From an uncultured Pirellulales bacterium (GTDB lineage Bacteria > Planctomycetota > Phycisphaerae > Sedimentisphaerales > CAYZTY01): DNA of 64,000 nucleotides. Under the pieces are notes generated by a model. It saw only the letters and a list, made by a program, of their open reading frames with translations. It was not told where the DNA came from and ran no database searches. Position 1 is the first letter of the stretch; each line of letters begins with the position of its first letter. Shown here piece by piece: positions 45,086 through 55,537 of this stretch. Where the stretch lies: the NCBI GenBank assembly GCA_964444665.1, contig CAYUIE010000008.1, positions 17,163-81,162 on the forward strand, written 5' to 3'. Position numbers and translations under genes: made by a program.

Positions 45086-47488
45086 ATGAAAGGCAAGAAT
45101 CTGCTGTCCCCCCAGATTCCAGACCCCAGACCCCGGACCTCAAACCTCAGAGTTATGTCCTGCGTCTGGTCTGTTGAGTCTCACTATGTTATTGCTATTC
45201 TGATTTTTTTTATAGCTTCTACAACCTTCGGGCAAAACAGTTACGAAGGCATTGTGGTCGACAACATTGAGATTGTCGGTAACTATGCGGTAAGTACAAC
45301 AAAGATACTCTCAAAGATCCGCATCAGGCCCGGCAAGACATTCAATTCGGCAGGCGCGGCAGACGACGCAAAGCGAATCGCCCAATTAGAAGGCGTTGAG
45401 TATGCTTATTACAATACACAACTCACAGATAATAAGCTGAAACTAACGTTTGTCGTTGTGGAGAAGAATATCGCAAGGGCCATTCAGTTTATCGGCAACA
45501 AAAATGTAAAAGTGCAAAGTCTGTTAAAAAAACTGAAATTTAAGACAGGTGAGTTTCTCAATAAATATATAGCACAGTCAGGTTTGGAAGCTCTGACCGA
45601 ATACTATCGAAAGCAGGGTTACGCATTCGCGAAAGTTACGCTGGAAACAGAGCAGCTGCAGGCAGGACGTGTGATTTACCATATTGATGAAGGGCCAAGA
45701 GTTAAGATAAAAGCGGTTGAATTCAGCGGTAACTCAGCAATGCCCACCGATAAATTACGAAAAGCTATAAAGACCAAAAAGCAAAAAATGTTTTTCTGGC
45801 AGCAACACTACATTGAAAAGGACTTAAAGCAGGATGTCTCAAGGCTTGCAAGCCTGTATCAGAAACAAGGTTATCTTGACGCGCACATAGAGGTGATACC
45901 ACAGTTCAGCGAAGACAAAAACGCCGTTATCATCAACTTTGTAATCTCAGAGGGCCCGATTTATACCGTAGATGAAATAATACTCACGGGCAACGAATTT
46001 TTTGATGAGCAGGCCTTGCGGTCTAAGCTTCAGCTGGTAGTCGGGCAGGTCTATAACCAGCAGTGGGCTGATTACGATACTAAAAAGATTCTGGGTCGTT
46101 ACCGCCAATCCGGCTTCCTTGATACGCAGGTCATACACAGACGCAAGTTCATCGGGCCGGGGCAAGTCCGAAGCGAATTTGAAATCAACGAAGGCCAACG
46201 TTTTAAAATAGGCAAGATTAATATTGCCGGCAACAAGCAGACACAGGACAAAGTCATCCGCAGGGTGCTTGACGAGTACGACTTCAAGCCAGGCGAATGG
46301 TACAATTCACATATAGCACGCGGAGACGGTCAGGGCGAGTTGGAGAAAGCATTAAAGAGAATCGTATTGACTGAATCGGCGTCTATCAGCGCTATGGGCA
46401 CCGAGCCGGACCAAAGAGACGCCCAGGTCAGCATTTCGGAAGGACAAACAGGGATGATATTAATCGGAGCGGGCATTGACAGCACAGCAGGATTCATCGG
46501 ACAATTGGTATTCGAGCAGCGTAATTTTGATATCTCGGATTGGCCAAGCAGCTGGAATGAATTCATCACCGGACGGGCCTTCAAGGGTGCCGGCCAGACG
46601 TTAAGGATAGCCCTGGAGCCCGGTACCGAACAGACGCAATACTCGATTAATTTCAGAGAGTCTTATCTTGACGACAAACCCATATCGATGGATGCCATAG
46701 CTTCGAGGTATAATAGAGGCAGGGAATCATACGACGAAGCAAGGACCCGCGGATACCTCGCGTTCGAGGAGCGCTTTCGTAACGGATGGCATCGCGGTAT
46801 CGATTTCAGAGTAGAAAATGTCAAGGTCGACAATATAGATTTGGATGCGCCATTTGAAATCCTGTCTGTGTCCGGTGATAACCTGCTATACAGCGTAAAG
46901 GTGCGTATAAGCAAGAACACAACAAATAACAGATTCAATCCAACTGAAGGATACACTTTTAATACCAGTTACGAGCAAGTTACCGGAGACGATGACTTCG
47001 GCGTTGTCTCAGGTGTATACCGATGGTATAAGACGTTAACCGAGGACTATGCAGAGCGAAAGACGGTTCTTGCTGCGAAAGTGCAAGCGGCAGGCATAGT
47101 GGTAGGCGACGCACCACCGTTCGAGAAGTTTTATGCCGGCGGTATGGGCAGTATCAGAGGATTCGACTATCGGGGCATAAGCACAAGAGGTCTTGCTTCG
47201 GACGGCTCGGGCAGGCGCGAGGACCCGATAGGGAGCGACTGGATATTTCTGGCCAATGCGGAGGTATCGATACCGCTGGAGGCGAAGAATTTATCGATGC
47301 TGTTTTTTGTGGACAGCGGAACGATCGACACAGGTTGTTACCGGGCGTCGGTCGGTACAGGCGTGCAGATACTGGTACCCCAGTGGTTTGGACCTGTGCC
47401 GATGAGATTCGAGTTTGCTACGCAGATGAAGAAAGATGATGAAGACGATACACAGGTCTTCAGCTTCTCAATTGGTCGGTTATTCTGA
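45086..47488 (+). CDS. bamA: Outer membrane protein assembly factor BamA (Omp85)
   Basis: AGGAG RBS. POTRA-like repeats (I..I.I.GN......I; V.F.GN; I...GN..F; I.I.GN..T.D.VIRR). C-terminal beta-barrel ending FSFSIGRLF. Confidence 0.88.
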   Translation: MKGKNLLSPQIPDPRPRTSNLRVMSCVWSVESHYVIAILIFFIASTTFGQNSYEGIVVDNIEIVGNYAVSTTKILSKIRIRPGKTFNSAGAADDAKRIAQLEGVEYAYYNTQLTDNKLKLTFVVVEKNIARAIQFIGNKNVKVQSLLKKLKFKTGEFLNKYIAQSGLEALTEYYRKQGYAFAKVTLETEQLQAGRVIYHIDEGPRVKIKAVEFSGNSAMPTDKLRKAIKTKKQKMFFWQQHYIEKDLKQDVSRLASLYQKQGYLDAHIEVIPQFSEDKNAVIINFVISEGPIYTVDEIILTGNEFFDEQALRSKLQLVVGQVYNQQWADYDTKKILGRYRQSGFLDTQVIHRRKFIGPGQVRSEFEINEGQRFKIGKINIAGNKQTQDKVIRRVLDEYDFKPGEWYNSHIARGDGQGELEKALKRIVLTESASISAMGTEPDQRDAQVSISEGQTGMILIGAGIDSTAGFIGQLVFEQRNFDISDWPSSWNEFITGRAFKGAGQTLRIALEPGTEQTQYSINFRESYLDDKPISMDAIASRYNRGRESYDEARTRGYLAFEERFRNGWHRGIDFRVENVKVDNIDLDAPFEILSVSGDNLLYSVKVRISKNTTNNRFNPTEGYTFNTSYEQVTGDDDFGVVSGVYRWYKTLTEDYAERKTVLAAKVQAAGIVVGDAPPFEKFYAGGMGSIRGFDYRGISTRGLASDGSGRREDPIGSDWIFLANAEVSIPLEAKNLSMLFFVDSGTIDTGCYRASVGTGVQILVPQWFGPVPMRFEFATQMKKDDEDDTQVFSFSIGRLF

Positions 47489-47576
47489 CTTCGGCGAGGG
47501 CTTCGACTGAGCTGGGCCGAATGTCCTCAGTAGAGTCGATTACGGTGATAACGATATTTACACAGAAAGGTAAATT

Positions 47577-48170
47577 ATGAAAGGTAAAAAAATTGTTTTC
47601 GGCAGCATTATTGTCTCGGCCATCCTGCTGGCAGCCGGATATGAAAGCAGCGGTAAGGAAAGCAAGCCTGGAAATACAACACTGAAAATCGGAGTTGTGA
47701 GTATCCGTTCGGTTTTCCAGGATTGCAAAAAAAGTAGTGAGCACCAAAAGAAACTTGGCGATGAGCAGAACAGAATTATTACCGAGCTGGAAAAACTATC
47801 GAAGGAAATAGAGGCGTTGAAAGCCGAATTGATGACACGCAAGCCAGGCAGTAGCGACTACTCGAAATTAATGCTGCAAATGATGGACAAGCAGGCCCAA
47901 CTCGGCGCCAGAAAAGAGTTCCATCAGCAGGAGATAATGTTAAAGGACCAGCAATGGACTGAACAACTATATAAGGATATTATAAAGTCAGTGGAGCAGG
48001 TTGCAAAGACGAAGGGGCTTGATATAGTGCTGGCAAAAGAGGAACTCGATTTTCCTTCGACAAATCAAACGGAACTTATGCTTGCCATCAGGACTAACAA
48101 GCTGCTTTTCTCGGCAGACGGCCTTGATATAACTAAAGAAGTTGTAAAGCTGCTGAATACGCAAGATTAA
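47577..48170 (+). CDS. skp: OmpH/Skp-family periplasmic chaperone
   Basis: Signal/lipoprotein-like N-terminus and K/E/Q-rich coiled coil. Conserved position between bamA and lpxD. Confidence 0.75.
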   Translation: MKGKKIVFGSIIVSAILLAAGYESSGKESKPGNTTLKIGVVSIRSVFQDCKKSSEHQKKLGDEQNRIITELEKLSKEIEALKAELMTRKPGSSDYSKLMLQMMDKQAQLGARKEFHQQEIMLKDQQWTEQLYKDIIKSVEQVAKTKGLDIVLAKEELDFPSTNQTELMLAIRTNKLLFSADGLDITKEVVKLLNTQD

Positions 48171-48211
48171 CACGCATCAGCTTTCAAAAGGTTTTTTTCG
48201 GTCACAGGACA

Positions 48212-49264
48212 ATGAAGAACAGACACCCTACAAATATTACAGTGCGGCAGCTGGCAGAGCGAATAGACGCTGAATTGGTCGGTGACGGTTCGGGTTACAT
48301 TAGTGGCGTTAACACCGTCGAAGCGGCCGATACAAACGAGGTTACTTTTGCTTCTGGTGAGAAGTACATCAGTAAACTGCAGCACTCGCGGGCCGGAGCT
48401 ATTATCACATCGAAGAAAATCAATGACCTGCAGAAGACTCAACTGATTATAGAAAATGTTGAGGCCGGGCTGATAAAGGCCCTGAGTATTTTTGCACCAA
48501 AATTAGCACCGCTGAAGCCCGGTATTGACTCGCGGGCGATAGTCGCCGAGACTGCGAAAGTCGCACGAAGTGCCTATATAGGCCCGGATGTGCATATTGA
48601 CCGGGACGTAGAGATCGGTGAGGGCAGTATAATTGCAGCCAGCTGCAAGATTGGTGAAAACACAAAGATAGGCGAAAATTGCCGGCTTGACAGTAACGCG
48701 GTTATTTACCATAACTGCATAATCGGCAACAATGTCATCATCCAGGCCAACAGCACGATCGGCTCGACAGGCTTCGGTTATTCATATATTGACGGAGTCC
48801 ATCAGCTTATACCGCATAATGGCGGAGTTATAATAGAGGATTGTGTCGAGATTGGGGCGAATTGTTGTATTGACCGGGCAAAATTTGGCAATACAATAAT
48901 TGGAGCAGGAACAAAGATTGATAACCTGGTCCAAATAGCACACAATGTAGTTGTCGGTAAGTGCTGCCTGTTAGCAGGACAAGTCGGTTTGGCTGGAAGC
49001 TGCAAACTCGGTGATAGAGTAGTTCTGGCCGGCCAAGTGGGCCTTGTTGACCATATAGAGTTGGGCGACGGCGTCATAGTAGGAGCAAGGGCTGCGGTTT
49101 TTCAAGATGTATCGGCCGGTCAACAAATACTTGGTGTACCGGCAATAGAGCGAAAAAAGGCCTTGAAAGTGATTAAGATTGTACAAAGATTGCCTAAAAT
49201 AGTCGAACAACTTAGGCAATTTTCAGCAAGAATAAAAAGGCTTGAGGACACACGCAAGGACTGA
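48212..49264 (+). CDS. lpxD: UDP-3-O-acylglucosamine N-acyltransferase
   Basis: N-terminal LpxD domain ([18 protein letters not shown]) followed by a long hexapeptide-repeat left-handed beta-helix. Confidence 0.9.
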   Translation: MKNRHPTNITVRQLAERIDAELVGDGSGYISGVNTVEAADTNEVTFASGEKYISKLQHSRAGAIITSKKINDLQKTQLIIENVEAGLIKALSIFAPKLAPLKPGIDSRAIVAETAKVARSAYIGPDVHIDRDVEIGEGSIIAASCKIGENTKIGENCRLDSNAVIYHNCIIGNNVIIQANSTIGSTGFGYSYIDGVHQLIPHNGGVIIEDCVEIGANCCIDRAKFGNTIIGAGTKIDNLVQIAHNVVVGKCCLLAGQVGLAGSCKLGDRVVLAGQVGLVDHIELGDGVIVGARAAVFQDVSAGQQILGVPAIERKKALKVIKIVQRLPKIVEQLRQFSARIKRLEDTRKD

Positions 49265-49353
49265 TACTACTTCCAGGGAGGGAGAGGCTTTAACGGACAG
49301 ACTTCTTCAGAAATCCTCTCAATCTGTCTGCTTGTGGTTTTTAAACAGAGGTT

Positions 49354-50670
49354 TTGGAATTGGAGCTACAAAAGACAATAGAACGTGAGGTGTCAGTATC
49401 CGGTAAGGGTCTTTTCGAAGGCAAAGAGACCAAGGTGATATTTCGTCCCGGCCAGGCCGATACCGGTGTGGTTTTTATACGGACCGATACACCGGAGCCG
49501 GTGCGAATCCAGGCACTTGCAAACAACATTGCCGAGCGTTCGCGGCGGACCACGATAAAAAACGGCTCGGTTAGCATTGAGACCATTGAGCATTGCCTGG
49601 CAGCAGTAAGTGCGCTGGGGATTGATAATTTGATAATTGAGGTAAATGGACAGGAGATGCCCGGGCTCGATGCCAGCAGCAATGAATACCTGCGAGTGCT
49701 GAAAAAAGCCGGCATCACCGAACAGCACGCTCGGCGTCGAGAGCTTGTGATAGCAGAACCCATGATGGAGATGCGGGGAGATGCCTCAATATACGCGATG
49801 CCGGCTCAGGGCGATTCGTTGTATATCACGTTTGAACTGAACTATCCAAGGCATACAGGCATCGGCAGGCAGAATTTTAGCTGCCAGGTTACTACGGAGT
49901 TTTTCGAAAAGCAACTTGCCGCCGCGAGGACATTTCTGCTTGAGCCGGAGGCCAAGCAATTCCAGGCGCGTGGACTTGGCAAGCATTTGGGCCCACGCGA
50001 GATTCTGGTTATTGGTTCCGACGGACCCATCAAGAACAGCTACAGATTCAAAGATGAGTGCGTGCGACACAAGATTGTGGACCTGATAGGTGACCTGGCA
50101 TTAGTGGGTCGGCCCATAAGGGGACGAATTATAGCCTACAAAAGCGGCCATTCACTAAATCTCAGACTTGTACGTAAACTCTTTGAGCTGGCCAATAGAC
50201 AGGACCGACTCTCGCGCGTGGGAACCGATGCTTTGCTGGACATTCGCCAAATTGCCAAGGTTCTTCCGCACCGATATCCATTTTTGTTGGTGGACAAGGT
50301 AATTGAAGTAGAGGGGCATACAAAAATAAAGGGGATAAAAAATGTCAGCTTCAATGAACACTTTTTCCAGGGACACTTTCCCGGCACACCGGTAATGCCG
50401 GGAGTACTTATATTAGAAGCGATGGCACAGATATCAGGTTTGCTTTTTGCGCAAAGGCTCGAACTCACGGGCAAACTGGCGGTACTGCTGAGTATGGACA
50501 GAGTGAAGATACGTAAAAGGGTCATTCCCGGTGACCAGCTTATTCTTACAGCCGAGACCATCAGGATTAAAAGTAGAACCGCTCACTGCCGCTGCCGGGC
50601 GATTGTAGGCGATAAGGTGGCCGCGGAAGCCGAGATGAAGTTTATGCTGCTTGACGACGAGGTTAGATAA
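49354..50670 (+). CDS. lpxC: Bifunctional UDP-3-O-acyl-GlcNAc deacetylase / 3-hydroxyacyl-ACP dehydratase (LpxC-FabZ fusion)
   Basis: TTG start. LpxC motifs SIETIEHCLAA, HKIVDLIGDLAL. FabZ half LPHRYPFLLVDKV, FFQGHFPGTPVMPGVLILEAMAQ. Confidence 0.9.
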   Translation: MELELQKTIEREVSVSGKGLFEGKETKVIFRPGQADTGVVFIRTDTPEPVRIQALANNIAERSRRTTIKNGSVSIETIEHCLAAVSALGIDNLIIEVNGQEMPGLDASSNEYLRVLKKAGITEQHARRRELVIAEPMMEMRGDASIYAMPAQGDSLYITFELNYPRHTGIGRQNFSCQVTTEFFEKQLAAARTFLLEPEAKQFQARGLGKHLGPREILVIGSDGPIKNSYRFKDECVRHKIVDLIGDLALVGRPIRGRIIAYKSGHSLNLRLVRKLFELANRQDRLSRVGTDALLDIRQIAKVLPHRYPFLLVDKVIEVEGHTKIKGIKNVSFNEHFFQGHFPGTPVMPGVLILEAMAQISGLLFAQRLELTGKLAVLLSMDRVKIRKRVIPGDQLILTAETIRIKSRTAHCRCRAIVGDKVAAEAEMKFMLLDDEVR

Positions 50671-50698
50671 AACGTAGATTTTAAAATCAAGGGTAATT

Positions 50699-51523
50699 AT
50701 GACGAAAGTGCATAAAAGCGCGGTTGTGGATAAAAAAGCCAGCCTGGCAAAGGACGTTGTCATTGGACCCAATTGCGTCATCGATGGGGGCGTGACTATC
50801 GACAGCGGTACGGTTCTCGATGCCAACGTTGTTGTCGGAAAAAACGTGCAAATCGGAAAGAACAATCGCTTGTACGCGAACTGCGTACTGGGGCGAAGTC
50901 CGCAATTGCTGGGTATAAACGAAAATACGGAAGTCGGGGACCTGGTTATTGGCGATAATAACACTATCAGGGAACAGATAACAATCCATCCAAGTATGCA
51001 CCCAGGCCGATTAACCAAAGTAGGGAATGATAACCTGCTTATGGTCGGGACGCACATCGGCCATGACTGCGTACTCGAAGACAAACTCGTTCTGAGTAAC
51101 TACTCGCAGATCGGCGGACATTGCCGGCTCGAGAGGGGTGTTTGGTTTAGCGGGCTGGTGGCGACACATCAATTTGTAACTATCGGCAAATGGTGTTATG
51201 CAGCGGGATTCGCAGGAATTAATCACGACGTTCCTCCCTTCGTCATTGTCAGCGGCCACTATCCACCGATGGTGCGTGCGGTGAATAAGCGCGGGATGGA
51301 CAGGGCAGGGCTAAACCCGCAACAGCAGGAAAATATAATTATAGGCTTCAAACGGCTCTATCGCACACCGGGACCGCTTTTGTCCAACGCCAAGGCATTA
51401 GCCGCCCAAGACGGGCTCGACGAAAACGTTCGGGCAATGGTCGATGCAATAATCAAAAGCAGTAAGCATCGCTTCGGCAGATACCTTGAGCTGTCCAGAG
51501 AACATAGGACGGACAACAGATGA
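50699..51523 (+). CDS. lpxA: Acyl-ACP--UDP-GlcNAc O-acyltransferase
   Basis: Hexapeptide repeats then C-terminal helical domain (NKRGMDRAG...FKRLYR). Confidence 0.9.
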   Translation: MTKVHKSAVVDKKASLAKDVVIGPNCVIDGGVTIDSGTVLDANVVVGKNVQIGKNNRLYANCVLGRSPQLLGINENTEVGDLVIGDNNTIREQITIHPSMHPGRLTKVGNDNLLMVGTHIGHDCVLEDKLVLSNYSQIGGHCRLERGVWFSGLVATHQFVTIGKWCYAAGFAGINHDVPPFVIVSGHYPPMVRAVNKRGMDRAGLNPQQQENIIIGFKRLYRTPGPLLSNAKALAAQDGLDENVRAMVDAIIKSSKHRFGRYLELSREHRTDNR

Positions 51524-52587
51524 AAGACAACGGACGATGGACGAGTAATGAGCAACGCCTGCCCAGAGTGGAGTCGAGGGGAGCGACGAGGTTACGCACA
51601 GCGGTCGTAGGTGCAGGCAAGATGGGGGCGATTCATGCCAAGGTTTATAGCCAGCTGCCTGAAAGCGAACTTGTGGCAGTCGTCGACCTGGATAAAGCAA
51701 AGGCACGTAAGCTGGCTCGGAAGTATAAATGTCGGGCCCTCGATAATTGCCGGGAGCTTATAGGCTACGTAAATGCGGCTACCATAGCGACCCCGACCGA
51801 ATCTCACCTTTCTCTTGCGAAGCTTTTCATCGAAAGCCATATTCCGGTAATGATTGAAAAACCACTGGCCGTCAATGCGCAAGAAGCAAGTAAAATTGTA
51901 GCTGCCGCGAGGCAAAATAACATACTGGCAGCAGTCGGCCATTCAGAACGCTGCAATCCCGTGGCACGGGCAATGAAGCGGCTGAATATAGAACCCAAAT
52001 TCATCGAATCAATACGCATCAGCCCCTATCCTTTTCGCTCAACCGACATCGGCGTCGTGATGGATGTAATGATTCACGATATAGACATCATTCTCTCACT
52101 GGCGGCCAGCGAGGTGAAAAAAATTGACGCCGTCGGCGTAAATGTCATTGGCGAACACGAGGATATTTGCAATGCGAGGATTGTTTTCGAATCGGGATGT
52201 ATAGCAAACATTACTGCTTCACGCCTGGCACTCAAAACCGAAAGAAAGGTGCGGGTTTTCAGCCGAGAGGCGTATCTGAGTCTGGACTATCTCCAAAAAA
52301 AAGGTATCGTCATCAAGGCCAAGCCAAATGTAGATGTAGTCCAATGGATAAGAAAGCGTCAGAAGGCAGGAAATTTCAGTTTTGCAGGTCTTAACTGGCC
52401 GGACCTGCTGCATATAGAACGGCTTGATATAGACGAGAAGGAACCGCTGCGCGTGGAACAGGAGGCATTTTTGCGGGCGGTTGCAGATAAAACGGCTCGG
52501 CCTATAGTTTCCATCGATGAGGGCCTGGCGGCAATCCAGTGTGCAGAGAAAATCCTGGAATCAATCAAAAAACACAAATGGGACTAA
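51520..52587 (+). CDS. Gfo/Idh/MocA-family NAD-dependent oxidoreductase
   Basis: Rossmann motif LRTAVVGAGKMGAIHAKVY, EKPLA motif MIEKPLAV. ATGA overlap with lpxA. True start may be internal. Confidence 0.8.
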   Translation: MKDNGRWTSNEQRLPRVESRGATRLRTAVVGAGKMGAIHAKVYSQLPESELVAVVDLDKAKARKLARKYKCRALDNCRELIGYVNAATIATPTESHLSLAKLFIESHIPVMIEKPLAVNAQEASKIVAAARQNNILAAVGHSERCNPVARAMKRLNIEPKFIESIRISPYPFRSTDIGVVMDVMIHDIDIILSLAASEVKKIDAVGVNVIGEHEDICNARIVFESGCIANITASRLALKTERKVRVFSREAYLSLDYLQKKGIVIKAKPNVDVVQWIRKRQKAGNFSFAGLNWPDLLHIERLDIDEKEPLRVEQEAFLRAVADKTARPIVSIDEGLAAIQCAEKILESIKKHKWD

Positions 52588-52652
52588 TAATAATTGATGG
52601 TTCACTATTGATAATTGATTATTGGATTATGAATTTTTGAAAGGAATATTTT

Positions 52653-53603
52653 ATGACTCGTAAGATTTGGTTCGCTGGATTGTTGACGGTAATTTCGGTG
52701 GTAGGTTTTGCTGTGCTGCCTGGAACAAAGACTTATGCCTCACAAATTAACCGACTGGAGTTAGCGGAGCTGGTTAGCCGTGCCCAGGCTATCACCCTGG
52801 CAAAGGTGGTAAAGGTAGGCAAGAAGTCGTTGGACTCTCAGAACCCCACACCATATGACGAAGTTACAATAACAGTAGCAAGCGTGCTAAAAGGAGAAAT
52901 TAAACAGAAAGAGTTGAAAATTATTTTGCAACCACGAGGCGTAAAAGACTTTGACCCTGCGTTAAAGATTGGAGATACCGGCGTCTTTTTCCTGCGGGAT
53001 ATCAAAGAATCGAAAGCAAAGCTGGCATATTGGGGCAGTGCCGCTGTTTTTCAAAAGGATAATTTTACAGTCTCTGAGGAGCCGAAGGAAATGGACAGCA
53101 AATCGAAGAGAGTTAAATTAGAAACGACTATGGGTAACATTGTAATTGAGCTTGACCAGGAAGCGGCACCAGTTACGGTGGAAAATTTCCTGCGGTATGT
53201 AAGGGAAGATTTTTACAACGAGATGATATTTCACAGAGTTATACCTAATTTTATGATACAAGGGGGCGGTTTTACGGCTGATATGAGGCGAAAAAACACG
53301 CATGAGCCGATTGTCAACGAAGCCAAAAATGGATTAAAAAACAACCGTGGCACTATCGCTATGGCCAGGACTAATGAGCCTGACAGTGCAACAAGTCAGT
53401 TTTTTATCAATCATAAAAACAATGACTTTTTAAATTATGCCGGACCAGGCAAGCCTGGATATGCAGTATTTGGAAGAGTGACCGAAGGTATGGATGTGGT
53501 TGATAAAATCGCAGCGGTTAAGACAACACGCAAGGGACCTTATACTAATGTTCCTATCGAACCTGTAGTGATAAAATCCGCTCAGCTTATTTCAGACAAG
53601 TAG
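52653..53603 (+). CDS. Secreted cyclophilin-type peptidyl-prolyl isomerase with ~150-aa N-terminal domain of unknown family
   Basis: Signal peptide. Cyclophilin core [25 protein letters not shown]...[15 protein letters not shown]...[10 protein letters not shown]...SATSQFFIN...YAVFGRV. Confidence 0.88.
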   Translation: MTRKIWFAGLLTVISVVGFAVLPGTKTYASQINRLELAELVSRAQAITLAKVVKVGKKSLDSQNPTPYDEVTITVASVLKGEIKQKELKIILQPRGVKDFDPALKIGDTGVFFLRDIKESKAKLAYWGSAAVFQKDNFTVSEEPKEMDSKSKRVKLETTMGNIVIELDQEAAPVTVENFLRYVREDFYNEMIFHRVIPNFMIQGGGFTADMRRKNTHEPIVNEAKNGLKNNRGTIAMARTNEPDSATSQFFINHKNNDFLNYAGPGKPGYAVFGRVTEGMDVVDKIAAVKTTRKGPYTNVPIEPVVIKSAQLISDK

Positions 53604-53617
53604 GGCTGGAAAGTGGA

Positions 53618-54316
53618 CTAAGTATTTGGTCTTAATTTGCTGACCATTTGATGAGCCAGGCGAGTTGGCTCGGGCAAACGATATTTAGTTGTACATTTCA
53701 GAACTATCTTTATTGCATCCTCGAGCAAACATCGATGCCCTACCGAGACAAAGACAGGCTTGACGTTGTACCTCGTTCTCACAACTGCACCGATAACTTC
53801 GTCTTTGTCTTTGAGCAGCGAATATGCTCCCTTTTGTCCGGCCGGGTCTTCAAAGGTTCCAACCAGTCTGCTTTTAGCGCAGCCTATCGCCGGCTTGTCG
53901 AGGAAAAGGGCAAGATGAGCGGCCAAGCCCAGGCGACGCTGGTGAGCGATTCCCTGGCCGTCAACAACGAAGACGTCGACTTTAGACTTTAGCTTTTTCG
54001 CAGCGGCAATGCAGGCCGGGGCTTCACGAAACGAAAGCAGGCCCGGAATATAAGGAAAATGGGCCTTGCGAGTAGCAGCCGCAGATTCAACAAGTTCCAG
54101 GCCGGGCAATTTTAGCACTACGACACAGGCTATAATCTCCCGGCCGGCTTTGCCAATTGCACAGTCAAGGCCGGCTACTAAATGTGGTTTCTTTTTCAAC
54201 GGCGTAAATCGCACCTTCGGGGCAAGTTTTTTTTGCAGTTCTATTGCCTGCGTGTAAGAGAGGTTCCAGTTATGCAGATTCTTCATTAATATTGGCCTAC
54301 GTAGTAGAGACAGCAA
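53618..54316 (-). CDS. nfi: Endonuclease V
   Basis: VAGLDCA..., FPYIPGLLSFREAP, VDGQGIAHQRRLGLAAHLAL, PAIGCAKSRLVG. Confidence 0.9.
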   Translation of the reverse strand: MLSLLRRPILMKNLHNWNLSYTQAIELQKKLAPKVRFTPLKKKPHLVAGLDCAIGKAGREIIACVVVLKLPGLELVESAAATRKAHFPYIPGLLSFREAPACIAAAKKLKSKVDVFVVDGQGIAHQRRLGLAAHLALFLDKPAIGCAKSRLVGTFEDPAGQKGAYSLLKDKDEVIGAVVRTRYNVKPVFVSVGHRCLLEDAIKIVLKCTTKYRLPEPTRLAHQMVSKLRPNT

Positions 54317-54329
54317 CTTATCAACTGTG

Positions 54330-55286
54330 CTATCTTACCCCCTGAAGCCAGACGTTGACAAGCAATATCAGGTCTGGAAAATCAACGACATTGTTTCGAT
54401 TCAAATCGGCTGGTTCTTCGCTGCCTATATTTGACCACTTCGAGGCCAAATAGGCAAAATCCCTGAAATCTATCTTCCCATCATTGCTAAGGTCGGCAAG
54501 CACTATCCAGTACCAGCCCGTCGTTTGCATCCAGGCATCAGCAAACAGCTTAAGGTCGACTACGTTAACGGTCAGATTTCCATCCAAATCGCCGGGATGC
54601 TGCCCGGCCGGCAAAGACCAGTCGGCCGCGAGCATATTAAAGTCTTTAAGGTTTACTATCCCATCGTTATTTAAATCACCAGATAACCAGTAGCCGGGCG
54701 GCCCTGTAATGTAGGCCTCGTTTATATAGACAATAGTCGGATAGGGAAAATGAGTAAAACCACCGCCTATATTAACTACGGGCGTCTGAGCAATTGCATC
54801 CACTACGTTCATATCGCTGATGACATGCCCAAAAACACAGTAACCAATCCCACACGGATCATTGTCACGGTCGAGACCCGGATTATCCATGTGGTTTATG
54901 TAGAACTGGGAATTAGCAGAGTTCGGATCAGTGGACCTTGCCATCGCAATTGTGCCGCGAAGATTACTTAGGCCGTTGTAGCTTTCGTTAATTATATTAT
55001 CACCCGGCTGACGCCAATATAATGTGTTATCCTCGATATAATAGCCCCCGCCCTGTATCATAAAACCTTCGATGACGCGGTGGAAAAGCAGCTCGTCGTA
55101 GAAACCGGAATTTACATACTGCAGAAAATTCTCAACTGTTATAGGAGCATCATCAGGATACAACTCAATAAGGATATCACCGAATGTGGTGTTCATAAGG
55201 ACTGTGGGATTATCTGCCCCGGCAGTCCTGAGACCGGACGAAAGGCAAAGATACAATATTAGGGACAATAATATCCTTCTCATCAC
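54330..55286 (-). CDS. Secreted cyclophilin-type PPIase fused to two C-terminal dockerin-like modules
   Basis: Signal peptide. Cyclophilin core TFGDILIELYPDDAPITVENFLQYV...FHRVIEGFMIQGGGY...[10 protein letters not shown]...YCVFGHV. Four EF-hand-like repeats (GDLNNDGIVNLKDF, GDLDGNLTVNVVDL, ADLSNDGKIDFRDF, ADLNRNNVVDFPDL). Confidence 0.85.
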   Translation of the reverse strand: MMRRILLSLILYLCLSSGLRTAGADNPTVLMNTTFGDILIELYPDDAPITVENFLQYVNSGFYDELLFHRVIEGFMIQGGGYYIEDNTLYWRQPGDNIINESYNGLSNLRGTIAMARSTDPNSANSQFYINHMDNPGLDRDNDPCGIGYCVFGHVISDMNVVDAIAQTPVVNIGGGFTHFPYPTIVYINEAYITGPPGYWLSGDLNNDGIVNLKDFNMLAADWSLPAGQHPGDLDGNLTVNVVDLKLFADAWMQTTGWYWIVLADLSNDGKIDFRDFAYLASKWSNIGSEEPADLNRNNVVDFPDLILLVNVWLQGVR

Positions 55287-55537
55287 CAGAGTCTGCCATA
55301 CCTTAGAAAGCAGTCCAAACGCCCCTCAGGACGTGGTACAAAATATCGATTATATCATAATTGGTCGGGAAAATCAAGCAATAAAAAGGACGTTTAGCGG
55401 TAGGCTATCCAAGGGTACAAAACGGAGGATTTTGTATTGAAAAATTCTTTACCTTATTGCACGGCCTTGTTACAATGATTAACTTGGGAATACTGTCGAG
55501 TTTACAGAATAAGTACAATAAAAACAATCCCGAGCCA

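Noticed and set aside
50434-51084. 216-aa minus-strand ORF spanning the lpxC/fabZ-lpxA junction
   Set aside because: Antisense to two well-supported lipid A genes. It is a shadow ORF typical of hexapeptide-repeat coding regions.
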